Of a stretch of 64,000 nt of DNA, positions 1 to 11,929 are shown piece by piece. Positions within the stretch are counted from its first letter, which is position 1, and each line of letters opens with the position of its first letter. The position numbers and the translations under genes were made by a program. The notes under the pieces are model-generated. The model was given only the letters and a program-made list of their open reading frames with translations. It had not been told where the DNA came from and made no database searches. The stretch is taken from the NCBI RefSeq assembly GCF_018350175.1, contig NC_058368.1, positions 222,396,001 through 222,460,000 on the forward strand, written 5' to 3'. This DNA comes from Felis catus. Lineage: Eukaryota.

Positions 1-434
1 AAGTAGATACCATTCATCAGTAGAGACATGAAAATATTATTTTATACAGTATCCTTTTATAACCCACTGTACTTAGTAAACCAAAAAAAAAAAAATGAAG
101 ACTTAATCCCAAAACTTCTAAAATCTCATACTTCCTTAGTTTACATCAAGCTTAGTTTACAAGCTTAGTATTAATAGATATAGGTGTATGTTTTTTCTTT
201 TCTTTTAATTTTAAAAGTGAATTGCAGTTAATACATTTTTAAAATTCTTTGAAATGCAACTTGTTTTCTGTCCCTGAGGATTTGCACATAGCTTTTGTGG
301 TGGGAAGAATATGGGGGAACACTGGAATGTCTATTGTCTGAGTCAGAGAGAAAATGAATTCTCCCCACTCTGCAAATGTTTTCTGTGGTCCCTGGGATAG
401 AATACCCTTCCTCTCTCCACTGAGATAGATGCTG

Positions 435-470
435 GTGTGTGTGTGTGTGTGTGTGTGCGTGTGTGTGTGT
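435..470. repeat. (TG)n microsatellite
   Basis: Direct reading. Confidence 0.95.
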
Positions 471-1012
471 TTAAAGAGTATTACTGCCCTATCACTTTCC
501 CTGTCACTTTTCAATACAACACTTATCTCAAGCAAATGTGCATATATTGGATCCAAACAGAAGAGTTTGAAATGTACTATAAATACCTTATATCCTCTCT
601 CTGCTCAGTAATATAAACAGCAGATAATCATGGACTTTAGTCATACAAATGAATTGTAATTTAGACAAAGAAATGCAGAAACTACTTGTATGGCATTAAT
701 CATGATGGAATTAGTCATTAATAAAATACCTTTAGTAAGAAATATAAAAAAATTCAGGGATGGTTTTGCTAAGTATAATCCTTTTGATTTTAATAAGAAA
801 TGTTCATTTACTTATATTTTATTCTCCAATTAAACTTGTCATGCTGTAGGAATAATTGAGAGTTAGTAAAAACTGAAGAAAATCTTGGAAATTATATATT
901 TTCCTGATTTGGGTTCATGTGATTTTCTTATATAATTAATATATGCTCTCTTACTATAGAATAATCAAATGCCCTTTAAATGCCTCTTCAAATAATACGT
1001 TACATGTATAAC

Positions 1013-1152
1013 AAATTTTATTTTTGCAGAGACATAATTGAATAAATATAAAAAACATTCTCAGGAGTAGAATTTAGTGATTCATCCCTTACATATAGCA
1101 CCCTGTGCTCATGACAAGTGCCCTCCTTAATACCCAACACCCATTTAACCCC
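1013..1152 (-). mobile_element. Carnivore L1 3'-terminal fragment
   Basis: caggagtagaatttagtgattcatc...acaagtgccctccttaat matches the reverse complement of the L1 3' end at 61440-61530. Confidence 0.75.
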
Positions 1153-2449
1153 TCAATATGGACACATTTGAATGTAATTTTCAAGATTTGTAGACCTATT
1201 TTTCTTAGAAATAATTCTTATTTTCAAGTGAATGGGCATATTCAATTGCATGACTCTAGTCATTAGGCAGTTTTTGCATACCTGAGGTTTGATTCAAAAA
1301 ACTAACAGAGGTACTGATTTCGTACATCTCTATTTGTATATTTAATTCCCATAGACTATATTGTACAAGTGCTGATTACCTAAAAGTACCTATGCATCAT
1401 AATGTATGTTATCTATTCTGATGTCTAAAGAATGACACAAATATTGAGAATGGTGCTTGAAAGTGTCCTACTGGAGAAATTACAAACAAGTATCTGAGTA
1501 GTTTCTCATCTTACATAGAGTGATTTAACATTAAAGTAGATTTGTGTGAGTCATGATGATGAGGTTCCTGAAAGACTAAATGTCATTTCAAAGTGTTGAA
1601 AAATGTAATAGAATCTACTTTATTGTATTCTTTGAAGTGTGTATTTTATATTGCATATTTTATAAGCAAAATATTTATATTTTGGTAAATTGCAAATAAT
1701 TTGACTTATCTTTCTTGTCTTTAATTCTACTGGGGGAAAAATTGACAAGGCGCAGGATCCATCATTAAGAGGCAAGTTTCTCCTGCTTATCTTCCATTCT
1801 GTGTAATTTCCAGACAGATAAGAAAAGGCAATAACTTACCTGGACTGGATGTTAGGAAATGTAATTACTTTATAAATATAGTCAGGGTACTATTTTAGAA
1901 TGTCAAAAATTGTGTAATGTGTAATCTCAGAAATTTAGCTGAAAGCTGAGGGCAATGGGAGAAGAATATACCCCGTTTCTAATGACCAAATAGTAATTTT
2001 TATAGATGGAAAATCTATCCAGAATTCTTAACCCCTTAATATGTCTATATAACATAATAGTAAAAATTTCAAAGATATATTTATGAAAGAAGGAAAGAAT
2101 GTGTTGCAGCAACATGCACCTTCCAAATTGGATAAATTCTCTTCTCCTTTAAACTAAATAAGTTGCACAAGAGAATTACTTACAGAAATTGGGATTTACT
2201 GTGAGAGGCCAAGTGGCATCTCATGATCCAGATTGATAATTGGTGATTTGAAATAGCTTTGAAATTTTCTATGCAGTAATAGTGCAATGGAGATTCAGAT
2301 AGTTCTTGTTTATCCCTTGATTTTCTTTTGTTTGCTTATGAGCTGCCTTGATTGCTATTAGTATACATAACAAAAAGAGGTGGGAAAAACAATAAGGACA
2401 GCAATGTTTGGAATGTTTCTAATATATGAACGATAAAAGGGAGCTTCCT

Positions 2450-4027
2450 TTTTTTACTGAGTCTCTGTCTGGTTTAGGATTCAAAGTAATACTGGCTTCA
2501 TAGAATGAGTCTGGAAGTTTTTCTTCCCTTTCTATTTCTTGGAATAGCTTGAGAAGAATAGGTATTATCTCTGCTTTAAACGTCTGGTAGAACTCCCCTG
2601 GGAAGCCGTCTGGTCCTGGACTCTTATTTGTTGGGAGATTTTTGAAAACCAATTCAATTTCTTCGCTGGTTATGGGTATGTTCAAGCTTTCTATTTCCTC
2701 CTGATTGAGTTTTGGAAGAGTGTGGGTGTTTAGGAATTTGTCCATTTCTTCCAGGTTGTCCATTTTGTTGGCATATAATTTTTCATAGTATTCCCTGATA
2801 ATTGTTTGTATCTCTGAGGGATTGGTTGTAATAATTCCATTTTCATTCATGATTTTATCTATTTGGGTCATCTCCCTTTTCTTTTTGAGAAGCCTGGCTA
2901 GAGGTTTGTCAATTTTGTTTATTTTTTCAAAAAACCAACTCTTGGTTTCGTTGATCTGCTCCACAGTTTTTTTTAGATTCTATATTGTTTATTTCTGCTC
3001 TGATCTTTATTATTTCTCTTCTTCTGCTGGGTTTAGGCTGCCTTTGCTGTTCTGCTTCTAGTTCCTTTAGGTGTGCTGTTAGATTTTGTATTTGGGATTT
3101 TTCTTGTTTCTTGAGATAGGCCTGGATTGCAATGTATTTTCCTCTCAGGACTGCCTTCGTTGCGTCCCAAAGTGTTTGGATTGTTGTATTTTCATTTTCG
3201 TTTGTTTCCATATATTTTTTAATTTCTTCTCTAATTGCCTGGTTGACCCACTCATTCTTTAGTAGGGTGTTCTTTAACCTCCATGCTTTTGGAGGTTTTC
3301 CAGACTTTTTCCTGTGGTTGATTTCAAGCTTCATGGCATTGTGGTCTGAAAGCATGCATGGTATGATCTCAATTCTTGTATACTTATGAAGTGCTGTTTT
3401 GTGACCCAGCATATGATCTATCTTGGAGAATGTTCCATGTGCACTCCAGAAGAAAGTATCTTCTGTTGCTTTGGGATGCAGAGTTCTAAATATATCTGTC
3501 AAGTCCATCTGATCCAATGTCTCATTCAGGGCCCTTGTTTCTTTATTGACCGTGTGTCTAGATGATCTATCCATTTCTGTAAGTGGAGTGTTAAAGTCCC
3601 CTGCAATGACCACATTCTTATCAATAAGGTTGCTTATGTTTATGAGTAATTGTTTTATATATTTGGGGGCTCCGGTATTCGGCGCATAGACATTTATAAT
3701 TGTTAGCTCTTCCTGATGGATAGATCCTGTGATTATTATATAATGCCCTCCTTCATCTCTTGTTACAGCCTTTAATTTAAAGTCTAGTTTGTCTGCTATA
3801 AGCATAGCTACTCCAGCTTTCTTTTGGCTTCCAGTCGCATGATAAATAGTTCTCCATCCCCTCACTCTCAATCTAAAGGTGTCCTCAGGTCTAAAATGAG
3901 TCTCTTGTAGACAGCAAATAGATGGGTCTTGTTTTTTTATCCATTCTGATACCCTATGTCTTTTGGTTAGCTCATTTAATCCATTTACATTCAGTGTTAT
4001 TATAGAAAGATATGGGTTTAGAGTCAT
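2450..4027 (-). pseudogene. LINE-1 ORF2, frameshifted and 3'-truncated; APE-like endonuclease domain intact
   Basis: MTLNPYLSIITLNVNGLN, CLQETH, YAPN, GDFNTPL, SKIDH, SDH. An 8-T run at 2967-2974 shifts the frame; the sequence resumes as [16 protein letters not shown]...SPGPDGF...[10 protein letters not shown] and ends at 2450. Confidence 0.93.
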
Positions 4028-4077
4028 TGTGATGTCTGTAGGTTTCATGCTTATAGCGATGTCTCTGGTACTTTGTC

Positions 4078-4971
4078 TCACAGGATCCCCCTTAGGATCT
4101 CTTGTAGGGCTGGTTTAGTGGTGACGAATTCCTTCAGTTTTTGTTTGTTTGGGAAGAACTTTATCTCTCCTTCTATTCTAAATGACAGACTTGCTGGATA
4201 AAGGATTCTCAGCTGCATATTTTTTCTGTTTAGCACACTGAAGATCTCATGCCAATCCTTTCTGGCCTGCCAAGTTTCAAAAGAGAGATCAGTCACGAGT
4301 CTTATAGGTCTCCCTTTATATGTGAGGGCACGTTTACTCCTTGCTGCTTTCAGAATTTTCTCTTTATCCTTGTATTTTGCCAGTTTCACTATGATATGTC
4401 GTGCAGAAGATCGATTCAAGTTACGTCTGAGGGGAGTTCTCTGTGCCTCTTGGATTTCAATGCCTTTTTTCTTCCCCAGTTCAGGGAAATTCTCAGCTAT
4501 TATTTCTTCAAGTACCCCTTCAGCACCTTTCCCTCTCTCTTCCTCCTCTGGGATACCAATTATGTGTATATTATTTCTTTTTAGTGTATCACTTAGTTCT
4601 CTAATTTTCCCCTCATACTCCTGGATTTGTTTATCTCTCTTTTTCTCAGCTTCCTCTTTTTCCATAACTTTATCTTCTAGTTCACCTATTCTCTCCTCTG
4701 CCTCTTCAAGCCGAGCTGTGGTGGTTTCCATTTTGTTATGTATTTCGTTTAAAGCGTTTTTCAGCTCCTCGTGACTGTTCCTTAGTCCCTTGATCTCTGT
4801 AGCAAGAGATTCTCTGCTGTCCTGTATACTGTTTTCAAGCCCAGCGATTAATTTTATGACTATTATTCTAAATTCACTTTCTGTTATATTATTTAAATCA
4901 TTTTTGATCAGCTCATTAGCTGTTGTTATTTCCTGGAGATTCTTCTGAGGGGAATTCTTCCATTTGGTCAT
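4078..4971 (-). CDS. LINE-1 ORF1p (RNA-binding chaperone), intact, 297 aa
   Basis: ATG at 4971 (MTKWKNSPQ...), coiled-coil region, RNNIHIIGIPE, ARHIIVK, YPASLSF, ends LQEILRGIL*. The ORF track starts 13 codons upstream at a non-ATG codon. Confidence 0.93.
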   Translation of the reverse strand: MTKWKNSPQKNLQEITTANELIKNDLNNITESEFRIIVIKLIAGLENSIQDSRESLATEIKGLRNSHEELKNALNEIHNKMETTTARLEEAEERIGELEDKVMEKEEAEKKRDKQIQEYEGKIRELSDTLKRNNIHIIGIPEEEERGKGAEGVLEEIIAENFPELGKKKGIEIQEAQRTPLRRNLNRSSARHIIVKLAKYKDKEKILKAARSKRALTYKGRPIRLVTDLSFETWQARKDWHEIFSVLNRKNMQLRILYPASLSFRIEGEIKFFPNKQKLKEFVTTKPALQEILRGIL

Positions 4972-5900
4972 TTTGAATAGTCCCTGGAGTGGTGAGGACC
5001 TGCAGGGCACTTCCCCTGTGCTGTGGTGTATAACTGGAGTTGGTGGGCGGGGCCACAGTCAGACCTGATGTCTGCCCCCAGCCCACCGCTGGGGCCACAG
5101 TCAGACTGGTGTGTGCCTTCTCTTCCCCTCTCCTAGGGGCGGGATTCACTGTGGGGTGGCGTGGCCGTCTGGGCCACTTGCACACTGCCAGGCTTGTGAT
5201 GCTGGGGATCTGGCGTATTAGCTGGGGTGGGTAGGCAAGGTGCACGGGGGCAGGAGGGGCAGGCTTAGCTCGCTTCTCCTTTGGTGATCCACTTCAGGAG
5301 GGGCCCTGTGGCAGCAGGAGGGAGTCAGATCAGCTGCTGGAGGTTTGGCTCCGCAGAAGCACAGCGTTGGGTGTTTGGGCCGAGAGAGCAAGTTCCCTGG
5401 CAGGAACTGGTTCCCTTTGGGATTTTGGCTGGGGGATGGGCGAGGGAGATGGCACTGGCGAGCACCTTTGTTCCCCACCAAGCTGAGCTCTGTCGTCCTG
5501 GGGCTCAGCAAGTCTCCTTCCCTTTGTCCTCCAGCCTTCCCGCTTTCCGAGCAGAGCTGTTAACTTATGACCTCCCAGATGCTAAGTCGTGCTTGCTGTG
5601 GGAACACACTCCATCCGGCCCCTCTGCTTTTGCCAGCCAGACTAGTGGGCTTTGCTTGGCCGGCAGGCTGCCCCTCCGCCCCAGCTCCCTCTCCCCAGTC
5701 TGTGGAGCGCTCACCGCCTCTCCACCCTTCCTACCCTCTTCTGTGGGCCTCTAGTCTGCGCTTGGCTCTGGAGACTCCATTCTGCTAATCCTCTGGCGGT
5801 TTTCTGGGTTATTTAGACAGGTGTAGGTGGAATCTAAGTGATCAGCAGGAAGGGAGGTGAGCCCAGTGTCCTCCTACGCCGCCATCTTCCTTCAGTCCCC
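4972..5900 (-). promoter_or_regulatory. L1 5'UTR internal promoter with YY1-type motif
   Basis: GC/CpG-rich ~930 bp upstream of ORF1. AAGATGGCGG (plus strand CCGCCATCTT, 5879-5888) lies next to the 5' end. Confidence 0.8.
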
Positions 5901-6529
5901 AGGAAGCTTCCTAAGAGATTCTATAAAATTCCCAACCGGGAAGTTTTTTAAGACAAAGGCATTTGGCTTCTTTGAATCAGATTACTAAATAAGCTAGTCT
6001 TCTGAGGTTCCATCTTAAATCTGGTTAGGATGGGGAACATTTGAGATTTTAATCATTGATGGAAAATTCCTTGCTATGCTAATTAAGTAATTAATTAAAG
6101 ACAGCCTAAGATTAGTGTACTCTTTCTAAGATAAATCAGAGTCCATCTACACGTGCTGTGTATGGAATCCAGTATTCTATTATTGTATGGACATTGATTA
6201 TTCAGTTATCTGTAACTGACAAATACAAGTTATTGAAAGTAATTTGAAATTGATTACATGAAAATGCACTAGGCAATAGAAAGTATGAAAGCAGACGGGC
6301 CCCCCACATTTATGGCTTCCCAGAGCTGAGGTGATCCACCTTTGAGCATACACATCTTAGTGCAGAGACTCAAGTTTCCCTCCAGGCTTCCATTATACAT
6401 CTTTATTCCCATTCTTGTACCTTTTAGCTAAACAAATTGCTGCTCAGTGAATTGTATTTTGTCTTATGAATGTGATCGTGAATTGATGTCCAAGGCCACT
6501 CTACTGGTCCCGCAGTGCTGGTAAAACAC

Positions 6530-7010
6530 CTATTCACTGTACCCTAGTTCTACTCTTGACTACTTTCTTGGTATTCTCAATACAACACTTCAACGGATCC
6601 TTTTAAAATATATTGCCATGCCATGCATTAGCTCCAAATTCTTGTTTCCTATCTTCACAAAAAATCAAAAAGCAACATCTTCATGGGGTCCAGAAAGGCA
6701 TTAAGTCCTCTGACCCTCCTTCACTCACCTCTTTCCTACTCTTCTCTCTCACACCATTTGTGTCACATGGGCCTCAGCATTGTTTGTAGGGCACATCTCA
6801 CTCATTCCTGCCTCAGGGACTTTGCTGTTGCTTATTCTTTTGCCTAAATTGTCCTTGTCCCAGAGACTCACAGTTTTCTTCTTCATATCTTTCACATCTT
6901 TGCATGAAAATCCCTTTTAAGGGGACATCCCTATCCTTCCCTTTAAAAATTGAACCACCTCCCCCAACACTTAACTTGTCTTTTGTTTTATTCTCTATGA
7001 CATTTTCCAC
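6530..7010 (+). mobile_element. L2 3' region relic
   Basis: cctcagggactttgctgttgcttattcttttgcctaaattgtccttgtcccaga resembles the L2 consensus. Confidence 0.6.
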
Positions 7011-8134
7011 CGTATTGTATATGTTATTATTTTATTATATGTCTTATTACTTACTAAGTAATATCTTCCTTTTATATCTAAAATATTTTAGCTACATTAC
7101 TGAGTAGTCTGGCTAGATTTATGTTTGGTTCTCTTCTCAGTATATCACCTTGTTACACGTGCAAAAATAACTCATTGCAGGAAATTGCTAAGCTTACTTT
7201 TCCCAAAATATCCGTGAGAAAAATATACTTTACTTAAATACGTGTTGCTTATACCAATGACTGGTTTAAAAATTGAAGTTATAATCATGCTTCTAATAAG
7301 ATTGTATCATATTCAGTTGAGGACAATGAAATAGAGGTGGAAAGAAGCTCTGAGTTGAGAAAAATAACCAGAGAAAGAATGTGAAAATATCATTAAGTTG
7401 GGAAGAAAATCTTAAAAATTTAAATGTGTGCTTGGAGATAATTTAAAGCAAGGATTGATCTGGTCTTACTGGTTTTACTGATGACATTCATACCAAACAG
7501 TAGAATCAAAAGTGTTCAGTGATGTAGTAAATTCTGATAAAGATACACATGGCGTCTTCCTTACATCTGTATCTGAGAAGGATTATTGATTTTTTTCCTT
7601 TTATTTTTCATCTTTATAGAATGAGAAGAGTGAAGTAGACAGGGACAAAGAATTGTGTGAATGCTAACAGAAAGACAGCAAGAACTCAGTACACGATTGT
7701 TTGATTGCAAAACTGATTAATTATTAGAAGAAACAACTAAATAAAGCATTTACTGATTCTATGCCAGAGTTTGCTATGAGTTAGAAACATAAATCCTCCA
7801 AGTAATATGTATCTCTTATATATACATCATATAGTATATACCATATATATAATTCATGTGGATACATATGTATGAAATTGAAGGGTAGAAGCGAAATAAT
7901 ACGGAAAAACAGCATCCATGTGAAAATCCCCAAACTATTGATACCCTCAATCTATTCCAAAGGAAATATGAAAAACAAAACATATTCTGTTTAGAGCATT
8001 TTCAATGAACTCATATATGCTTATGCTCTAACTTATCCCTATTCACACTCTTTCAGTTACATGCTTAGATTTTAATCAATATGTATAAACTACATCATAT
8101 CTGGATAGTGTCCATGTTCAGTGGTAGAGAAACA

Positions 8135-8425
8135 AAGCTACTTGTTTTTTATGAAATGTACAGAATAGACCAATATATAGACATGTAAGGTAAATTAGTG
8201 GGTGCCTAGGATCGCAAGACTGGAGGAATTGGGAAATGTTTCCTAATGGCTGTGGCATTTCCTTCTGGAAATTATGAAAGTGTTCTAAAATTAGCATAAG
8301 GATTACACACATTTATAAATATAATAATTGAACTGTATACTTTAAATTGGTGAACTGTATTATGCATGAATTAGATCTATGTAATTATATTGTGTAATAT
8401 GAATCATATCTAGATAAAGCTGTTA
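8135..8425 (+). mobile_element. Old L1M 3'UTR fragment
   Basis: tttatgaaatgtacagaatag...ctgtatactttaaattggtgaactgtattatgcatgaatta. Confidence 0.7.
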
Positions 8426-8791
8426 TATATTATTTTTAAGCTCCGCTGTATCCCAATTTCTTTGAAAAGTTAAGCCCCTGGCTCACATTTTCCTCTTCTT
8501 CCTTTTTTGTAAGCCTCATTCACATACACATGACACTCTGATTTTATAATTCCTTAATCCTTTCAAGTACAATGCTTTTAATTTTTTTTTTTTCTGCAAT
8601 GACTTAGCCAAGACAGTAAGTTTGTAATTTCTATAAATTGAGGATTTCAAAATTTGTATCCTCTGGGCTTTTTTGTAAAAAACATATACCAACATGTTTT
8701 CTTTTTTCACTGAAATTGTTTCTTTTCTTTTTTTTCTCTCTTTTCTTTCTTTCTTAAAATTTAATATTTATATTTAATATTTATCTCATTT

Positions 8792-8899
8792 AAAAAATTT
8801 TTAATGTTTATTTATTTATTTTGAGAGGGAGAGAGACAGGGCAAAAGCAAAGAAGGGGCAGAGAGAGAGGGAGGGAGAGGGAGAGGGAGAGGGAGAGGG

Positions 8900-8941
<42 letters not shown>

Positions 8942-9065
8942 CCCAAGCAGGCTCCATTCAGTCAGTACAGTCCCACATAGGGCTCAGTCTCACAAACTGC
9001 AAGATCATAACCTGAGCTGAAATCAAGAGCCAGAGGCTCAACCAGCTGAGCCACCCAGATGCCCC
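8792..9065 (-). mobile_element. Can-SINE with expanded (GA)n
   Basis: SINE body; TSD 8776-8791 / 9066-9081 (2 mismatches). Confidence 0.92.
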
Positions 9066-9697
9066 AATATTTACCTTATTTTTCAGAAAGAAGCAGGTGC
9101 TAATGCCTAAGAACAATACAATAAAGAAACTTCTAGTAAGAGAAAGAGAGGGGAATAGAAAGAGAAAATAGTAAAGGAAGGGTGGATGGGAGAAGAATGA
9201 GGAAGAAAACCTTTTTCCTGGCTTTTTTCCTTAAGTGAAAACCTTTTAGGGACCAAGAAATGGTAAATATGCTATATATGTTTGTATGGCCTTCCAATTA
9301 ATGAGACTTGTTTCTTTATTTTCCAAGAATAACCTGGAGTTATTGCATGCACATTATGGCAGAGTTATACAATAAATACTTCATGGCTGATATTGAGAGA
9401 TGGCTAACAAAAGTATCTAGTCAAGTTCTTAACATAAAAGTGATGGGAAAACCAAAGAATTTTGGGAGCTGTATGTAGTTTAAGGTAAGAAAACAAGGAT
9501 CTCCAGGGACCACAAACAAAAGAGAGCCATTACCGCCATGGAGTTTAAGTCTCAAGGAAGAGAAACTTGTGACAAAATCCAGGAGACAACTGGTAATGTA
9601 AAGATGCAGTTTCCAAGAGGGGCTGTTGCTATAGAAGGGTGTAGCCACTGGCAAAACATTGCCTAGGTTGAGAAGGAAGGGCAGAGTGTAAACTCCC

Positions 9698-10060
9698 TTT
9701 TCTTTTTTCTTTTTTTTTTTTTTTTTTTTAATTTTATCTATTTTTTTTTTCAACGTTTATTTATTTTTGGGACAGAGAGAAACAGAGCATGAACAGGGGA
9801 GGGGCAGAGAGAGAGGGAGACACAGAATCAGAAACAGGCTCCAGGCTCTGAGCCATCAGCCCAGAGCCTGACGCGGGGCTCGAACTCACGGACCGCGAGA
9901 TCGTGACCTGGCTGAAGTCGGACGCTTAACCGACTGCGCCACCCAGGCACCCCGATTTTATCTATTTTTTTAAGTAATATCTACATCCAATATGGGGCTC
10001 AAACTCATGACCCTGAGATCAAGTATCACATGCCTCCCAACTGAGCCAGCCAGAAGCCCT
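9698..10060 (-). mobile_element. Older short carnivore SINE interrupted by a younger SINE
   Basis: ggggctcaaactcatgaccctgagatcaag...ctgagccagccag head at 9975-10060, T-rich tail 9698-9730, TSD taaactccc 9689-9697 / 10061-10069. Confidence 0.75.
9747..9953 (-). mobile_element. Young SINEC_Fc-type Can-SINE
   Basis: CpG-rich consensus-like body; TSD attttatctatttttt 9731-9746 / 9955-9970. Confidence 0.95.
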
Positions 10061-10423
10061 TAAACTCCCCTGCTTCTTACGGGCTGACCTCTTTTTCATG
10101 CATCTCATTGACTGATCACAGATTGAAAATACATAGAAAGAGAATGCAGGGATGAAGTTTTTAGATGTCACCCTCTATGGAAATAGATCATGGCACATCG
10201 GTACAGAATCTACAGAACACATGAAAGACTGAAACCAGTGGCCCCACTCACCCTGACAACATATGAAATGCATACCTCATAGGGAGTAAACAGCAAAACA
10301 ACTAGTTAACTAGAAAAGTCCTGGGGTAAGAATAAGAAAGTCACAGTTGGTGATTGCATGCAGGTAGGTGTGGACCTCAGGTATTATATATGGGTAGAGA
10401 CATTTAAAAAAGAGAAAAAGACA

Positions 10424-10630
10424 GGGACACCTGGGTGGCTCAATCAGCTAAGTGTCTGACCTCGGCTCAGGTCATGATCTCAGGGTTCATGAGTTTGAGC
10501 CCCACATCGGGCTCTGTGCTGACAGCTCAGAGCCTGGAGCCTGCTTCAGATTCTGTGTTTCCCTCTCTCCTCTCCCCTGTTCGCACTTTTTCTGTCTCTC
10601 TCAAAAATAACTAAACATTAAAAAAAAAAA
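10424..10630 (+). mobile_element. Can-SINE
   Basis: gggacacctgggtggctc head, (CT) tract, A tail. Confidence 0.92.
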
Positions 10631-11013
10631 GAACAAGAGCTAGTAGGATGGATTCTGGACATCTAGTGACCAGGTCATAGTATCAACTTAGATCTTAGAC
10701 TAATGGAGTACCAAAGAGCAACATAGAGACCCAGGATTCTATGTAGTTACATAAGTCCGTCCCCAGATGCCTTCTTTTGGAGATGAATGGGAAGAATTTG
10801 CCTCCATAGAAGTTTGAGCTCTGACTGTGTAAATATTAACCACCCCCACGCCCCACACATACACCAACACAAACGGAGGCCATTTTAAACCAGAATATAT
10901 ATTTTAAATATATATTTAAGGTTTTTCCTGCCTTTAGAGGAGTGGGGTGTATGCAGGAGGAAATAATTCACAGACTGTTAAGAATGATGTTTCTGGCACC
11001 TGATTTTCTGCAT

Positions 11014-11232
11014 GTTTTAATTTTTTTTTAATGTTTATTTATTTTTGACACAGAGAGAGACAGAGCATGAACAGGGGAGGGTCAGAGAGAGAGGCAGACA
11101 CAGAATCGGAAACAGGCTCCAGGCTCTGAGCCATCAGCCCAGAGCCCGACGCGGGGCTCGAACTCACGGACCGCGAGATCATGACCTGGGCTGAAGTCGG
11201 ACGCTCAACCAACTGAGCCACCCAGGCGCCCC
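11014..11232 (-). mobile_element. Can-SINE (fairly young)
   Basis: TSD tgattttctgcat 11001-11013 / 11233-11245. Confidence 0.95.
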
Positions 11233-11322
11233 TGATTTTCTGCATTTGAACAATTTAATGATTAATTTTCCCTATCACATACAGTTGCCAGTCTATTTAC
11301 CCATATATAAATTTCCCTTTTA

Positions 11323-11535
11323 TTTAATATTTTTTAATGTTTATTTTTGAAAGAGAGACAGACAGAGGGTGAGCAGGGGAGAAGCAGAGAGAGAGAGGGA
11401 AACACAGAATCCGAAGTAGGCTCCTGGCTCTGAGCTGTCAGCACTGAGCCCAACACGGGGTTCAAACCCACGATCCATGAGATCACGACCTGAGCCGAAG
11501 TCAGACGCTCAACCGACTGACCCACCCAAGCACCC
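11323..11535 (-). mobile_element. Can-SINE
   Basis: SINE body; aaatttccc(c)tttt on both flanks. Confidence 0.92.
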
Positions 11536-11929
11536 TTAGAAATTTCCCCTTTTATCAGCCTACTGTTTTGAGTTAGTTATCCTATAGCTGTTTTAATTTG
11601 TCCCTGCTACCAAATCCTAAATCGCCCACCGCATGACACATTGCCCTAACACCTCTGCCTAAAATACTTTCCCTTTTATCTCATTTTCTTTGTTCTTCCT
11701 TTTTGTTTTGTTTTGATTGTACTGTTTGCCTATGCCTTGCCATGACTTTACCCTTCTAAGATCTAACAGTATCAGAGGTGCTAGTCCACCGTAGTCTCTT
11801 TTTCCAGATAATTCCTCATTTTAAATTGGCCCATAAATCTCACCGTTTAGTAAAGTCACTCTCTTTAGCCTGAAGTGATCTCCTCAAATATTCTCTGTTA
11901 AATATGAAGTCCGTGCACCACCTAATTCC

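Larger units (their letters stand above)
2450..5900 (-). mobile_element. Young felid LINE-1 (L1_Fc-like), 5'-complete, 3'-truncated near the start of the RT domain, with 12-bp TSD
   Basis: 5' end GGGGACTGAAGGAAGATGGCGG at 5900, GC-rich 5'UTR, ORF1 and ORF2 translations. Flanks AGGGAGCTTCCT (2438-2449) and AGGAAGCTTCCT (5901-5912) differ at 1 of 12 bases. Confidence 0.96.

Noticed and set aside
1831..1843. Resemblance to the U1 snRNA 5' end (ACTTACCTGG)
   Set aside because: Similarity stops after about 10 nt; it is just a reverse-complement splice-donor motif.
4028..4081. ORF2 N-terminal extension overlapping the ORF1 stop
   Set aside because: The track start is GTG. The ATG at 4027 fits the usual endonuclease start; an in-frame ATG at 4048 exists but nothing shows it is used.
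5281..5754. 157-aa antisense ORF in the L1 5'UTR as an ORF0 analogue
   Set aside because: Starts at TTG, lies in GC-rich stop-poor sequence, and has no recognisable similarity; ORF0 is described for primates.
7590..7670. Strong pyrimidine tract plus AG as an exon start
   Set aside because: All three frames stop within 16 codons, and there is no good donor or recognisable product.
11039..11245. Recurrent short ORFs such as 'MAQSVKRPTSAQVMIS' and 'RQRETEHE'
   Set aside because: Translations of Can-SINE copies, not genes.
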